Part shown: in pieces, positions 27,589-37,357 of the stretch
Layout: every line of letters begins with the position of its first letter
How positions within the stretch are numbered: the first letter of the stretch is position 1
Origin: a virus
Lineage: Duplodnaviria; Caudoviricetes
IMG/VR virus record: IMGVR_UViG_3300029787_000038
Span: 1 to 59,174 of that record
Length of the DNA: 59,174 nucleotides
Reading direction: 5' to 3' (one strand)
The notes under the pieces: model-generated
Told to the model about the DNA's origin: nothing
The model's database searches: none
The model's input: the letters and a program-made list of their open reading frames with translations, nothing else
Position numbers and translations under genes: made by a program

Positions 27589-28436
27589 GCTTTACATTAA
27601 CGACACTAAGAACATCTTTAAAAGAATATACAGAAAACACAGAGACAAGTTTTGTTAATAACCTAGATTTGTTTATTCGTTTAGCAGAAGAAAGAATATT
27701 AAAAAACGTACAGCTAAATGTTTTTGAAAAAAACGTCTCTGGTACCATGACAACTAGTAATCAGTATTTGGCTTGTCCCAGTGATTTTTTAGCACCAAAT
27801 GCTTTGACCATTACCAATAGTAGTCAATACACCTACTTACAATTTAAAGAAAAAGAATTTATTCAAACCTTTACACCCAATGCTTCTACAACAGGTGTAC
27901 CAAGGTTTTATGCACAGTTTGACGTAGATAATTTTGTAATCGCTCCAACGCCCGACAGTGGTTACACGGTTAATCTAAGTTATTTTTATAGACCCGCTAG
28001 TCTTACGGATAGCACTATTACCTTTACGGTTAGTAGTAGTTCTTCTTTTACAGTGGGAGAAACCATAACAGGAGGTACTTCTGGATCTACTACAACTATT
28101 ACAGCCTTACCTTCAAGCACGACAATGACGGTTATTGTTCCTAAAGATAGTTTTACGGCTACAGAAACCATAACAGGAGGTACTTCTGGTGCCTCTACAA
28201 CGTTATCTTCATTTACCTCAGATACTACAGAATCTTGGTTAAGCACCAATGCAGAACTTGCTTTACTTTACGGATCCCTAATAGAATGTTATATTTATAT
28301 GAAAGGTGATCCTGATATTATGAATGTTTATAATACAAGGTTTGCTGAAGCGATAGGTAGATTAAAGAATTTAGGTGAAGCGAAAGAAGTAGTCGATGAA
28401 TACACAATGGGTCCAATTAGAAAGGCAAGGACATAA
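27585..28436 (+). CDS. Putative tail adaptor/tubular protein
   Basis: FIRLAEERI, APTPD, WLSTNA...LLYGSL; internal ETITGGTSG duplication. Confidence 0.6.
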   Translation: MSFTLTTLRTSLKEYTENTETSFVNNLDLFIRLAEERILKNVQLNVFEKNVSGTMTTSNQYLACPSDFLAPNALTITNSSQYTYLQFKEKEFIQTFTPNASTTGVPRFYAQFDVDNFVIAPTPDSGYTVNLSYFYRPASLTDSTITFTVSSSSSFTVGETITGGTSGSTTTITALPSSTTMTVIVPKDSFTATETITGGTSGASTTLSSFTSDTTESWLSTNAELALLYGSLIECYIYMKGDPDIMNVYNTRFAEAIGRLKNLGEAKEVVDEYTMGPIRKART

Positions 28437-28729
28437 TGTTTACTGATTCGTTAAGCATGGGTAAGAACTTTTCAGTGCAAATACAGACTACTGATAACAG
28501 AGGGCAAACCCCTGAGGAGGTAGCTGAAAGATGTGTCAATAAAATAATTGGTGTATCAGAAAATGCCCACCCTGTCATAAGGGAGCAAGCTCATGCTTAT
28601 CGTAAAGAGATGGAGAAAATAATTGCAATTTATATGAGACAGGCTATTAAAAGTGATAGAACCACCGTGTATAATGCAATAAAAGATTCAGGCAACCCCA
28701 AACTAGCAGAATATATAAGGAGAATGTAA
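28436..28729 (+). CDS. Tail-region hypothetical protein
   Basis: TAATG coupling. Confidence 0.7.
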   Translation: MFTDSLSMGKNFSVQIQTTDNRGQTPEEVAERCVNKIIGVSENAHPVIREQAHAYRKEMEKIIAIYMRQAIKSDRTTVYNAIKDSGNPKLAEYIRRM

Positions 28730-29166
28730 TGGCTTTTACGGGAAATTTTTTATGTACCTCTTTTAAAACAGAACTTTTGAAAGGTGTTCATAACTTTACA
28801 GCAACAACAGGAAATACTTTTAATGTGGCCTTATATGATAATAGTGCCTCATTTACAGCAGCTACCACAGCTTACACCTCTAGTAACGAAATAAGTGGTA
28901 CTAATTACTCAGCTAAGGGTCAGGCATTAAATCCTGTAACACCTACGGCAAGTGGTACAACGGCATTAGTAGATTTTGCTGATGAGACATTTAGCAATGT
29001 TACTATCAGTAGTGTAAGAGGTGCTTTAATATTTAATGAGACTGCAACAGGAGATCCTTCCGTTGCTGTTTTAGATTTTGGTGCAGATAAAGCAGCCAGT
29101 AGTGGTGACTTTACGATTGTGTTCCCTACGGCTGATGCAAGTAATGCAATTATAAGGATTGCTTAA
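28729..29166 (+). CDS. Putative tail protein
   Basis: CTSFKTELL...VLDFG...AIIRIA. Confidence 0.65.
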   Translation: MAFTGNFLCTSFKTELLKGVHNFTATTGNTFNVALYDNSASFTAATTAYTSSNEISGTNYSAKGQALNPVTPTASGTTALVDFADETFSNVTISSVRGALIFNETATGDPSVAVLDFGADKAASSGDFTIVFPTADASNAIIRIA

Positions 29167-29846
29167 TGGCGACAGTTGTTGCGTTTAAAGGATGGAATAG
29201 CTCTCTAACTGCTTGGAATACAGGCACTTGGAATGGTGAGGGCGTTTTTCCTAGTGCAACAGCTTCCGTTGGCTCTGTAGCTATTACAGGCGAAGGTGAA
29301 ATTGGTGTTTTTGGGGTTGCAGGTACAAGTGCTATTGGCACAGTTTCCATCACCGCTAATTCAAACCTTTCTGTAACGGGTTTAGCAGGCACAGGTGCTG
29401 TAGGATCTACCACTGTAGTTGGGGCAGCCAATATATCACCGACAGGTGTAGCAGGTACAACTGCTTTAGGTAATGTGTTTGAAACGCAGACAGGTGTAGC
29501 AGGAACGTCTGCCGTTGGCTCTGTAACCATAACAGGTGTAGCTAACGTTTCTGTAACTGGTTTATCGAGTACATCTGCAATTGGTAATACTTTTGAAACT
29601 TTAAATGGTGTAGAGGCTACAGGTGCGGTTGGTACGGTTACTATTACAGGTTTTGCTAATATTTCGGTTACAGGTGTGGCAGGAACTATGGCAATCGGTA
29701 GAACAACAGAAACAATTATACCGACTTGGGGTGAGATTATACCAGATCAAGATGCTAGTTATAGCACTTTTACACCAAGTCAAACACCGAGTTACAGTAC
29801 AATAACCCCAAGTCAAGATCCATCTTGGCTTGATAAAGCAGCATGA
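29166..29846 (+). CDS. G/T/V/A repeat fibre-like protein
   Basis: Repeats of GVAGTSAVGSVTITG. Confidence 0.7.
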   Translation: MATVVAFKGWNSSLTAWNTGTWNGEGVFPSATASVGSVAITGEGEIGVFGVAGTSAIGTVSITANSNLSVTGLAGTGAVGSTTVVGAANISPTGVAGTTALGNVFETQTGVAGTSAVGSVTITGVANVSVTGLSSTSAIGNTFETLNGVEATGAVGTVTITGFANISVTGVAGTMAIGRTTETIIPTWGEIIPDQDASYSTFTPSQTPSYSTITPSQDPSWLDKAA

Positions 29847-29854
29847 GGTAAGCA

Positions 29855-32800
29855 ATGTCAAGTGTATATACCAATGATTTAAGATTAGAAGAGATTGGTT
29901 CTGGTGAACAATCAGGAACGTGGGGTGATACCACGAATACCAATCTTGAGCTAATAGCAGAAGCTTTTAGTTTTGGAACAGAAGCAATTACAACGAATGC
30001 AGATACGCATACCACCACCATAGCAGACGGTTCAACCGACCCCGGTCGTTCTATTTATTTAAAATATACAGGCACGTTAGATTCTGCTTGTACTATTACA
30101 TTAGGACCAAATACTGTAAGTAAGGTGTGGTTTATTGAAAATGCTACCTCTGGATCACAAAATATTATTATAAGTCAAGGTTCTGGAGCCAATGTCACAA
30201 TAGGTAATGGCGCAGTTAAAATGGTTTATAGTGATGGTGCAGGATCAGGAGCTGCCGTTGTTGATGCTTTAGTTGATTTGGATCTTACAGGAACGACGAC
30301 AGTTGCAGCTTTGACTTCATCAGGTGCAATCACTGCTTCTGGAGTTATTACGGGAACCACTCTTGAGGCTACAGCAGACACTTCATCAGGTGATAATGCA
30401 GCCATTGGATATACAAGCACAGAGGGTTTAATCCTCACAGGTCAAGGTAGCACAGGTGATGTTACGATTAAAAATGATGCTGATGCTACTGTTATACAAA
30501 TACCCACAGGAACAACAGGCGTAGATTTTAAGGGTAACATATTTACATCTACTTCTGGCACTTCAAACTTTGTGGCAGGTGTCAACGCAGGTAACTCTAT
30601 TGCTTCTGGTGGTAATTACAATACTGTTATAGGTGATGAAGCAGGAACAGCTATTACAACAGGTGATAATAATGTTGCTGTGGGTTATGCTGCACTAAAG
30701 ACGGAAGATGGCAATGGTTATAATGTTGCTATTGGAGTTGGTGCTTTAGAAAATATGAATGCAGGTGCAGATGCTTACACTGTTGCTGTAGGACATAACG
30801 CAGGAAATGATGTTACAACAGGACTTTACAATACTTTTGTAGGTGCTATGTCTGGTGATGCTATAACTGATGCAGATTATAATACTGCTTTAGGTAATGG
30901 GTCATTAGGTGCTGATACAAAAGGAAGTAAAGCTACTGCTATAGGATACCAAGCATTAGGAACTCAAAATTTTACTACTGCTACAGACAGTCATAACACG
31001 GCTGTGGGTTATAACTCAGGTCTTAGTGTTACAACAGGCATAAGCAACACTTTAATTGGTGCAGTTGCAGGTGATGCTCTTACTGATGCTGACTACAATG
31101 TAGCTATTGGGTTAGGTTCTTTAGGTGCAGATACACTAGGTAGTAAATCAGTTGCAGTAGGAACTGCTGCTTTACAAGCTCAGAACTTTACAACAGCTAC
31201 AGATACTTTTAACACAGCAGTAGGACATAACGCAGGTAATGATATTACAACAGGTAAGAGAAATGTATTATTAGGTGGTTTAGCAGGAGATAGTATTACT
31301 TCATCAGATGATAATATTGCAATAGGTTATTTAGCCTTAGATGCTAATACTGTAGGCTCTGCAAATATTGCCATAGGTTCTCATGCCTTGGATGCAATGA
31401 ATCCTGCAACTGCAACAACTATGTATAACATAGGAATAGGATATGCAGCAGGTGGTGCAGTCACAACAGGCACACGAAACACTCTTATAGGTGGACTAGC
31501 AGGAGACGCTTTAACTACTGGCTATAACAACACTGCTTTAGGATATAGTGCTTTAAGTGCAGATGATGTAGGGCAAGGAAGTACGGCTATTGGATATGCT
31601 ACTTTAATGAATCAAAACTTTGCTACTGCAACAGATTCTGATAATACGGCTGTCGGTATTTTAGCAGGTAATCAAGTTACAACAGGTATACAGAACACCC
31701 TCATTGGTTCAAAAGCAGGTGATGCCCTTACGGATGCAGATTATAACGTAGCTGTAGGCTATCAAGCTTTAACTGCAGATACTCTAGGTTCTAGAAGCGT
31801 TGCTATAGGTAGAAATGCACTTTTATCACAAAACTTTACTACAGCTACTGATAGCTATAATACAGCAGTTGGTTATAAAGCAGGAGAAGATGTTACAACA
31901 GGTCAATCTAATTCATTAATTGGTTATCAAGCAGGAGTAGCTTTAACAACAGGTTTTTCTAATACTGTTCTTGGTTCAGCAGCTTTATCAGCAGAGGATA
32001 CTGGAAGATACAATGTTGCTATAGGTGCAGGTGCGCTTGAAAACCAAAATTCTGATGCAGACAATCACAATATAGCAATTGGTTACAATTCAGGTAATGC
32101 CGTTACAACAGGTACTTTAAATGCTATTATTGGTAGTTTTGCAGGTTTAGCTTTAACAACAGGTTATCAAAATACAGCACTTGGATATGGTGCGTTAAGC
32201 ACTGAAGATACTGGAAGATTTAATGTTGCTATTGGTACATTAGCTTTAAGTACACAAAATTATGATGCAAACAACTACAACACAGCAGTTGGATATCACT
32301 CAGGAAAAGCAGTCACAACAGGTACACTTAATACTTTAATTGGATCAGAAGCAGGTCTTTCTTTAACAACTCCTTATGGTAATACTTTGATTGGATATCA
32401 TGCAGGACAATCTGAAACAACAGGTACTAGAAATACTATTATTGGAGCAGGTGCAGGTGAGTCACAAAATGGTGGTAATGGTAATAATTTTATAGGTTAT
32501 GACGCAGGAAAACAATGTACCACAGGAAGTGATAATGTTGCTATTGGTGCAGATAGTCCTAGTGCAAATGCTGCTCTTGAAAATCTTACAACAGGAAGTT
32601 TTAATGTATCTCTAGGTGGAAACTCACAAGTAAATAATGATGTTGGTAGTAAAAATGTTTCTGTTGGATTTAGTTCTTTAAGAGATTTAAATTATGCTAC
32701 TGCAACAGATGGTCAAAATACTGCTGTTGGTTTTCAGTCAGGACTACAAGTTACTACTGGAGTACAAAATGTTTTTGTAGGTTCTAGTGCAGGTGCAGGA

Positions 32801-33385
32801 GCTGCTTTAACTGGATCAACTAATGTCTGTGTAGGGTATGCAACAGGTCATGCTATTACCTCTGGTGGTAATAATTTACTTCTTGGATCTGAAGCAGGAA
32901 GGTCAAATTCACCTAGTGGTAACATTACTACAGGTAGTAATAATGTTTGTTTAGGAGATGATAATATTAGTAACTTATTCTGTGCTGATACAAGTATTTC
33001 TAGTTCAGATTCAAGAGACAAAGCTGATATTACAGATTTTACTATTGGTTTAAATTGGATTAAAGATTTACGACCTGTAACTTACAGATGGGATAAGAGG
33101 TCATGGTACGGAACAGACGAAGAACCTTATGGCACACCTGATGGAAGTAAAAAGAAATCAAAAGTAAATATAGGATTTTTAGCACAAGAAGCACTTGAAG
33201 TAGAAAAGGCAAATGGCTTTGGAGGTAGTGCAGACAATATGTTGGTTTGTAACCTTACAGAGGATGGTCAAAGATATGGAATGAAATATGAAAGACTTGT
33301 TCCTATTCTTGTAAATGCAGTCAAAGAATTATCAACAAAAGTAACAACTTTAGAAGCCGAAGTAACTAAATTAAAAGGAGAATAA
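29855..33385 (+). CDS. Long tail fibre with beta-roll repeats and C-terminal intramolecular chaperone (S74-like)
   Basis: Many NTAVGxxAG/NVAIG repeats; SDSRDK...LRPVTYRW...GFLAQE. Confidence 0.85.
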   Translation: MSSVYTNDLRLEEIGSGEQSGTWGDTTNTNLELIAEAFSFGTEAITTNADTHTTTIADGSTDPGRSIYLKYTGTLDSACTITLGPNTVSKVWFIENATSGSQNIIISQGSGANVTIGNGAVKMVYSDGAGSGAAVVDALVDLDLTGTTTVAALTSSGAITASGVITGTTLEATADTSSGDNAAIGYTSTEGLILTGQGSTGDVTIKNDADATVIQIPTGTTGVDFKGNIFTSTSGTSNFVAGVNAGNSIASGGNYNTVIGDEAGTAITTGDNNVAVGYAALKTEDGNGYNVAIGVGALENMNAGADAYTVAVGHNAGNDVTTGLYNTFVGAMSGDAITDADYNTALGNGSLGADTKGSKATAIGYQALGTQNFTTATDSHNTAVGYNSGLSVTTGISNTLIGAVAGDALTDADYNVAIGLGSLGADTLGSKSVAVGTAALQAQNFTTATDTFNTAVGHNAGNDITTGKRNVLLGGLAGDSITSSDDNIAIGYLALDANTVGSANIAIGSHALDAMNPATATTMYNIGIGYAAGGAVTTGTRNTLIGGLAGDALTTGYNNTALGYSALSADDVGQGSTAIGYATLMNQNFATATDSDNTAVGILAGNQVTTGIQNTLIGSKAGDALTDADYNVAVGYQALTADTLGSRSVAIGRNALLSQNFTTATDSYNTAVGYKAGEDVTTGQSNSLIGYQAGVALTTGFSNTVLGSAALSAEDTGRYNVAIGAGALENQNSDADNHNIAIGYNSGNAVTTGTLNAIIGSFAGLALTTGYQNTALGYGALSTEDTGRFNVAIGTLALSTQNYDANNYNTAVGYHSGKAVTTGTLNTLIGSEAGLSLTTPYGNTLIGYHAGQSETTGTRNTIIGAGAGESQNGGNGNNFIGYDAGKQCTTGSDNVAIGADSPSANAALENLTTGSFNVSLGGNSQVNNDVGSKNVSVGFSSLRDLNYATATDGQNTAVGFQSGLQVTTGVQNVFVGSSAGAGAALTGSTNVCVGYATGHAITSGGNNLLLGSEAGRSNSPSGNITTGSNNVCLGDDNISNLFCADTSISSSDSRDKADITDFTIGLNWIKDLRPVTYRWDKRSWYGTDEEPYGTPDGSKKKSKVNIGFLAQEALEVEKANGFGGSADNMLVCNLTEDGQRYGMKYERLVPILVNAVKELSTKVTTLEAEVTKLKGE

Positions 33386-33386
33386 A

Positions 33387-33659
33387 ATGGCAGAAACAAG
33401 AACAGATGAACAAATAGCACAAAACTACAAAGCTATGGGAGATAGTGTAGACGTAATACAATCTATTGTCACAGCAAAGAAAAATGATGATGGTGAGTTG
33501 ATGATCATGGGTGACAGAACAGATGATGAAAAGAAAGAAAGAGTCAATATCAATGTAGGTTATATTGAATACATGAAAGCATTGACTGACTGGAAAGGCA
33601 ATGAAGATTGGACAGATGTAGACAAAGCCATTACAGATGGTAAGGCTTATGTGGGTTAA
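33387..33659 (+). CDS. Tail-fibre-associated small protein
   Basis: AAGGAG RBS directly after the fibre gene. Confidence 0.65.
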   Translation: MAETRTDEQIAQNYKAMGDSVDVIQSIVTAKKNDDGELMIMGDRTDDEKKERVNINVGYIEYMKALTDWKGNEDWTDVDKAITDGKAYVG

Positions 33660-33661
33660 TA

Positions 33662-33826
33662 ATGACTAAAATAACAGAGCTAGATAAAAGAGTTGTGGCA
33701 TTAGAGACTGAAATACATATTCAGTTTAAAGATCTTTACAATCGTATTAAACGTATTGAAGCTTGGGCAATAGGTTCTGCTACTTCTATTATTCTTTTAC
33801 TGTTAGCTATTTTATATAGGATGTAA
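33662..33826 (+). CDS. Small coiled-coil plus TM protein (XhlA-like), not in track
   Basis: ELDKRVVALE...IKRIE...IILLLLAIL. Confidence 0.6.
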   Translation: MTKITELDKRVVALETEIHIQFKDLYNRIKRIEAWAIGSATSIILLLLAILYRM

Positions 33827-33831
33827 TATGA

Positions 33832-35742
33832 ATGCCTCTAAGCAAGTTACAGTTTAGACCCGGTATAAATAAAGAAACAACTTCTTATTCTAATGAAGGT
33901 GGGTGGTTTGACTGTGATAAAGTACGTTTTAGAGCAGGTTTTCCAGAAAAAATAGGTGGTTGGGCAAAGAAAACACCTAATTCACATTTAGGTGTAACAA
34001 GGGCTTTACATCCTTGGCAAACCATCTCACTCGCTAATTATCTTGGTGTGGGCACGAATGAAAAGTATTATGTGTTATATGGTGGTGCCTATTATGATGT
34101 TACACCATTAAGAGCTACAACCTCTGCGGGCGACGTTACGTTTTCTGCGACTAACGGATCTTCCACTATTACTGTTACGGATACATCACACGGTGCCATA
34201 GTGGGGGACTTTGTTACTTTTAGCGGGGCAGCTTCTTTAGGAGGTTTGATTACAGCAGAAGTATTAAATCAGGAATATAAGATTGTTACGGTTCCTACGG
34301 CAAACACCTATACCATTACAGCAAGGGAGGTTAACCCCGTTTCACGGATCACGGTCAATGGCATTTATACACCAGTTGCTGTTACAGCAAATAGTTCAGA
34401 CAGTGGCAACGGTGGTAGTTCAACAGTAGGAGCCTATCAGTTAAATATAGGTTTGAATACATCTATTACAGGAGATGGTTGGAATGCAGGAACATGGGGC
34501 CGTGGCACATGGAACAGTGCTACTACGCCCACGGTAGAAAGTGTATTGAGGCTTTGGACACATGACAACTTTGGAGAAGACCTTGTTATTAATATCTTCA
34601 ATGGTGGATTATATTATTACGATAGCTCTACAGGCTTAACAAATAGGGCCGTTGTTTTAAGTTCAGTATCAGGTGCGGTCAGTCCTCCTTCTGTTGCTGT
34701 TAAAGTACTTGTGTCCGATGTAGACTTACACGTTATTGCTTTTGGTTGTGATTCAGAGGATGACCCCGGCACACAGGATCCTTTGTTAATTAGGTTTTCT
34801 GATCAAAGGAATGCTTTGGATTGGAAAGCTACAGTTGACAATACGGCAGGTGATTTAAAAATATCCAGTGGTTCTAAGATTATAACAGCTATAGAAACCA
34901 AAAGGGAGATCTTAGTTTTTACAGATACTTCTATTTATTCTATGCAGTTTATCGGACCTCCTGATACTTTTGGTATTACTATTGTATCTGAAGGTATATC
35001 TATACGAAGTCCCAATAGTGCTGTAGCTATTGAGGACAATGTATTTTGGATGGGTAACAATGAGTTTTATGTCTATAATGGTGCGGTACAAAAAATACCT
35101 TGTACGCTAAGGGACTTTGTGTTTTCTGATTTTAACAACTTACAAGCAGAAAAAGTATTTGCAGGTGTTAATTCAAGTTTTTCTGAGATCTGGTGGTTTT
35201 ATCCAAGTGCCAATTCTAATGAAATAGACAAGTATGTCATTTATAATTACCAACAGCAAATCTGGTATTTTGGATCTTTACCAAGAACAGCATGGTTAGA
35301 CCGTGGGGTTAATGAGTTACCAACCGCCGCTAGTCCTGATTACTACCTTTACAACCATGAAACAGGAGATGATGACGGTAGTACAGACCCTGTAACTGCT
35401 ATTACGGCTCACATTGAGTCAAGTCAGATGGACATAGGTGAGGGTGATCAATTTACGTTTATAAGTCGAATCATACCTGATATTACCTTTAGAAACTCAG
35501 ACATAGGTAAAAAGGCATCTTTGTCACTTAAAGCAAGAAACTTTCCCGGTGGTAACTATTTGCAAACTGATTCTGCTGAGATATCCAAAACAGCAACAGT
35601 GCCTGTTGAACAATTTACAAATGATGCGTTTATAAGACTGCGGGGTCGTAGTTTTGCGTTACGTGTCGAATCAACAGAAACAGGTATTAGTTGGCGTTTG
35701 GGCTCACCTAGAATTGATATTAGACCCGATGGTAGACGCTAA
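33832..35742 (+). CDS. Tail hub/nozzle (P22 gp10-like stabilisation protein)
   Basis: 636 aa beta-rich; IRFSDQ, EIWWFYP, DIRPDGRR; podovirus tail position. Confidence 0.7.
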   Translation: MPLSKLQFRPGINKETTSYSNEGGWFDCDKVRFRAGFPEKIGGWAKKTPNSHLGVTRALHPWQTISLANYLGVGTNEKYYVLYGGAYYDVTPLRATTSAGDVTFSATNGSSTITVTDTSHGAIVGDFVTFSGAASLGGLITAEVLNQEYKIVTVPTANTYTITAREVNPVSRITVNGIYTPVAVTANSSDSGNGGSSTVGAYQLNIGLNTSITGDGWNAGTWGRGTWNSATTPTVESVLRLWTHDNFGEDLVINIFNGGLYYYDSSTGLTNRAVVLSSVSGAVSPPSVAVKVLVSDVDLHVIAFGCDSEDDPGTQDPLLIRFSDQRNALDWKATVDNTAGDLKISSGSKIITAIETKREILVFTDTSIYSMQFIGPPDTFGITIVSEGISIRSPNSAVAIEDNVFWMGNNEFYVYNGAVQKIPCTLRDFVFSDFNNLQAEKVFAGVNSSFSEIWWFYPSANSNEIDKYVIYNYQQQIWYFGSLPRTAWLDRGVNELPTAASPDYYLYNHETGDDDGSTDPVTAITAHIESSQMDIGEGDQFTFISRIIPDITFRNSDIGKKASLSLKARNFPGGNYLQTDSAEISKTATVPVEQFTNDAFIRLRGRSFALRVESTETGISWRLGSPRIDIRPDGRR

Positions 35743-36029
35743 TGGCTAAAGTCATACCCTTTTTTCCATCCCCGCCTTCCGATTATAACAGACAGTATAT
35801 GGATGACATTGTTAGGGCGTTCTCTTTATATGTTAGCAGTATTAATACACCGGGCGAGGGTAGAAACACTTTTACTGTATTTACAAATTTACAAACAGAC
35901 GATTTTAATTTAGAAACAGGAGCTATATTTAATCATAACGGGTTTGTTAAAATATCACAATTAGACAGCCCGCACACAAGAGGAGTTAGTGGCACGTCAG
36001 CCGTGGGCTCCGTAACTGTAACAACGTAG
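35742..36029 (+). CDS. Small tail protein
   Basis: Ends GVSGTSAVGSVTVTT. Confidence 0.6.
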   Translation: MAKVIPFFPSPPSDYNRQYMDDIVRAFSLYVSSINTPGEGRNTFTVFTNLQTDDFNLETGAIFNHNGFVKISQLDSPHTRGVSGTSAVGSVTVTT

Positions 36030-36073
36030 ATTCATACTAGAAAACTTATTTAAACTCTGGTAAAGTATAAAAG

Positions 36074-37357
36074 ATGAATAGAGATATGTCACAAATGCCC
36101 ACAGGTGGATTAGGTTCTTTCTTAACATCTAACATAGATGAGATAGACGATAATATACTGGCCTTTGGTAAGGGGCAGGGTATTAACTCCATGAGTAAAA
36201 TAGCTAATCGTATGGCTAATATGGGTCGTAATGGTGACAATCAGCTTGTACACGTTAAGACTGGAGAGCTTATTGTATCTCCTGAGATATTAGAAAAAAA
36301 CCCTAAACTTGCAAAAGAACTAACCCAAAGTTTTCAAAACATGGACGAGAACATAGGCGATTATGTCGTTGGTTCTGATGGTAACTCTATTAATCCTATG
36401 ACAGGCCAGAGAGAGTTCTTTCTCAAAGGGCTTGTTAAGGGGATTAAAAACATATTTAGCAAGGTTGCAGGTATAGTTTTACCGGGTTTATTAGGTAATT
36501 TTATACCGGGTTTTAGCGCACTTAGTCCTGTATTGAAAGGTGTTATTACAGGCGGTATTGGTGGATTATTAAGTGGTAAAGGAGCTAAAGGGGCTTTAGA
36601 AGGAGCAGCTTTAGGTGGGTTAGGTCAAGGTTTAATGTCTGGTTTAGCAACTGGTAACGTAGGAGCAGGTTTTAAATCTGCAACGGAACCAACAAAACCT
36701 TTTGAACTAGTTGGAAAGATACAAGAAAGAGGTGGGACTTTTATGGATAAAATGTTTCCTAAAGGTTTTATACCTAAAGGAATGGATCCTTCATCGGAAC
36801 AATTTAAAGCAATTGAACAAAGTTTTATAAAAGATAGAGGTTTTTCTCCTAGAGAGGCTTATCAGGCCGCTTTAGAACGAACTAAACCCGGTTTTTCTGA
36901 TTACATAGGTCCTGCAGTAGCAGGAACAGCAGTAGTGGGTGCCTTAGGAGGTTTTGATACACCAGAGCAAACTATGCCGGATCCCTACGGTGGTGTTACC
37001 TCTACTAAATTAGTTCAAGAAAACCCTGAATTATACAGGGTTCTGTTTGGTGGGTTAAGACCACCTAGAAGAACAACAATGGAAGATACAGTTGTACCTA
37101 CCCCAGATCCGTTTTTATTTGAAAAATACCTTGATCCGCAGTTAGCGGCTAAAGGTGGTGAGATGTTTCCACGAAAGACAGGTTCTATAAACGGACCGGG
37201 CACAGAGACATCTGACGATGTGCCTGCTATGTTGTCTGATGGTGAGTTTGTTATGACCGCTAGAGCCGTCCGTGGTCTAGGAGACGGAAGCAGAAAACAA
37301 GGTATAAAGAAAATGTATGATATGATGAAAAACTTTGAACGGAGTGTACCCGCGTAA
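36074..37357 (+). CDS. Putative ejection/internal virion protein, probably leaderless
   Basis: Gly-rich hydrophobic segments; GPGTETSDDVPAMLSDGEFV; TGgTAAAGT lies 7 nt before ATG. Confidence 0.65.
   Translation: MNRDMSQMPTGGLGSFLTSNIDEIDDNILAFGKGQGINSMSKIANRMANMGRNGDNQLVHVKTGELIVSPEILEKNPKLAKELTQSFQNMDENIGDYVVGSDGNSINPMTGQREFFLKGLVKGIKNIFSKVAGIVLPGLLGNFIPGFSALSPVLKGVITGGIGGLLSGKGAKGALEGAALGGLGQGLMSGLATGNVGAGFKSATEPTKPFELVGKIQERGGTFMDKMFPKGFIPKGMDPSSEQFKAIEQSFIKDRGFSPREAYQAALERTKPGFSDYIGPAVAGTAVVGALGGFDTPEQTMPDPYGGVTSTKLVQENPELYRVLFGGLRPPRRTTMEDTVVPTPDPFLFEKYLDPQLAAKGGEMFPRKTGSINGPGTETSDDVPAMLSDGEFVMTARAVRGLGDGSRKQGIKKMYDMMKNFERSVPA

Noticed and set aside
29855-33385. Diversity-generating retroelement target
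   Set aside because: No reverse transcriptase or template/variable repeat pair seen; the repeats are ordinary fibre repeats
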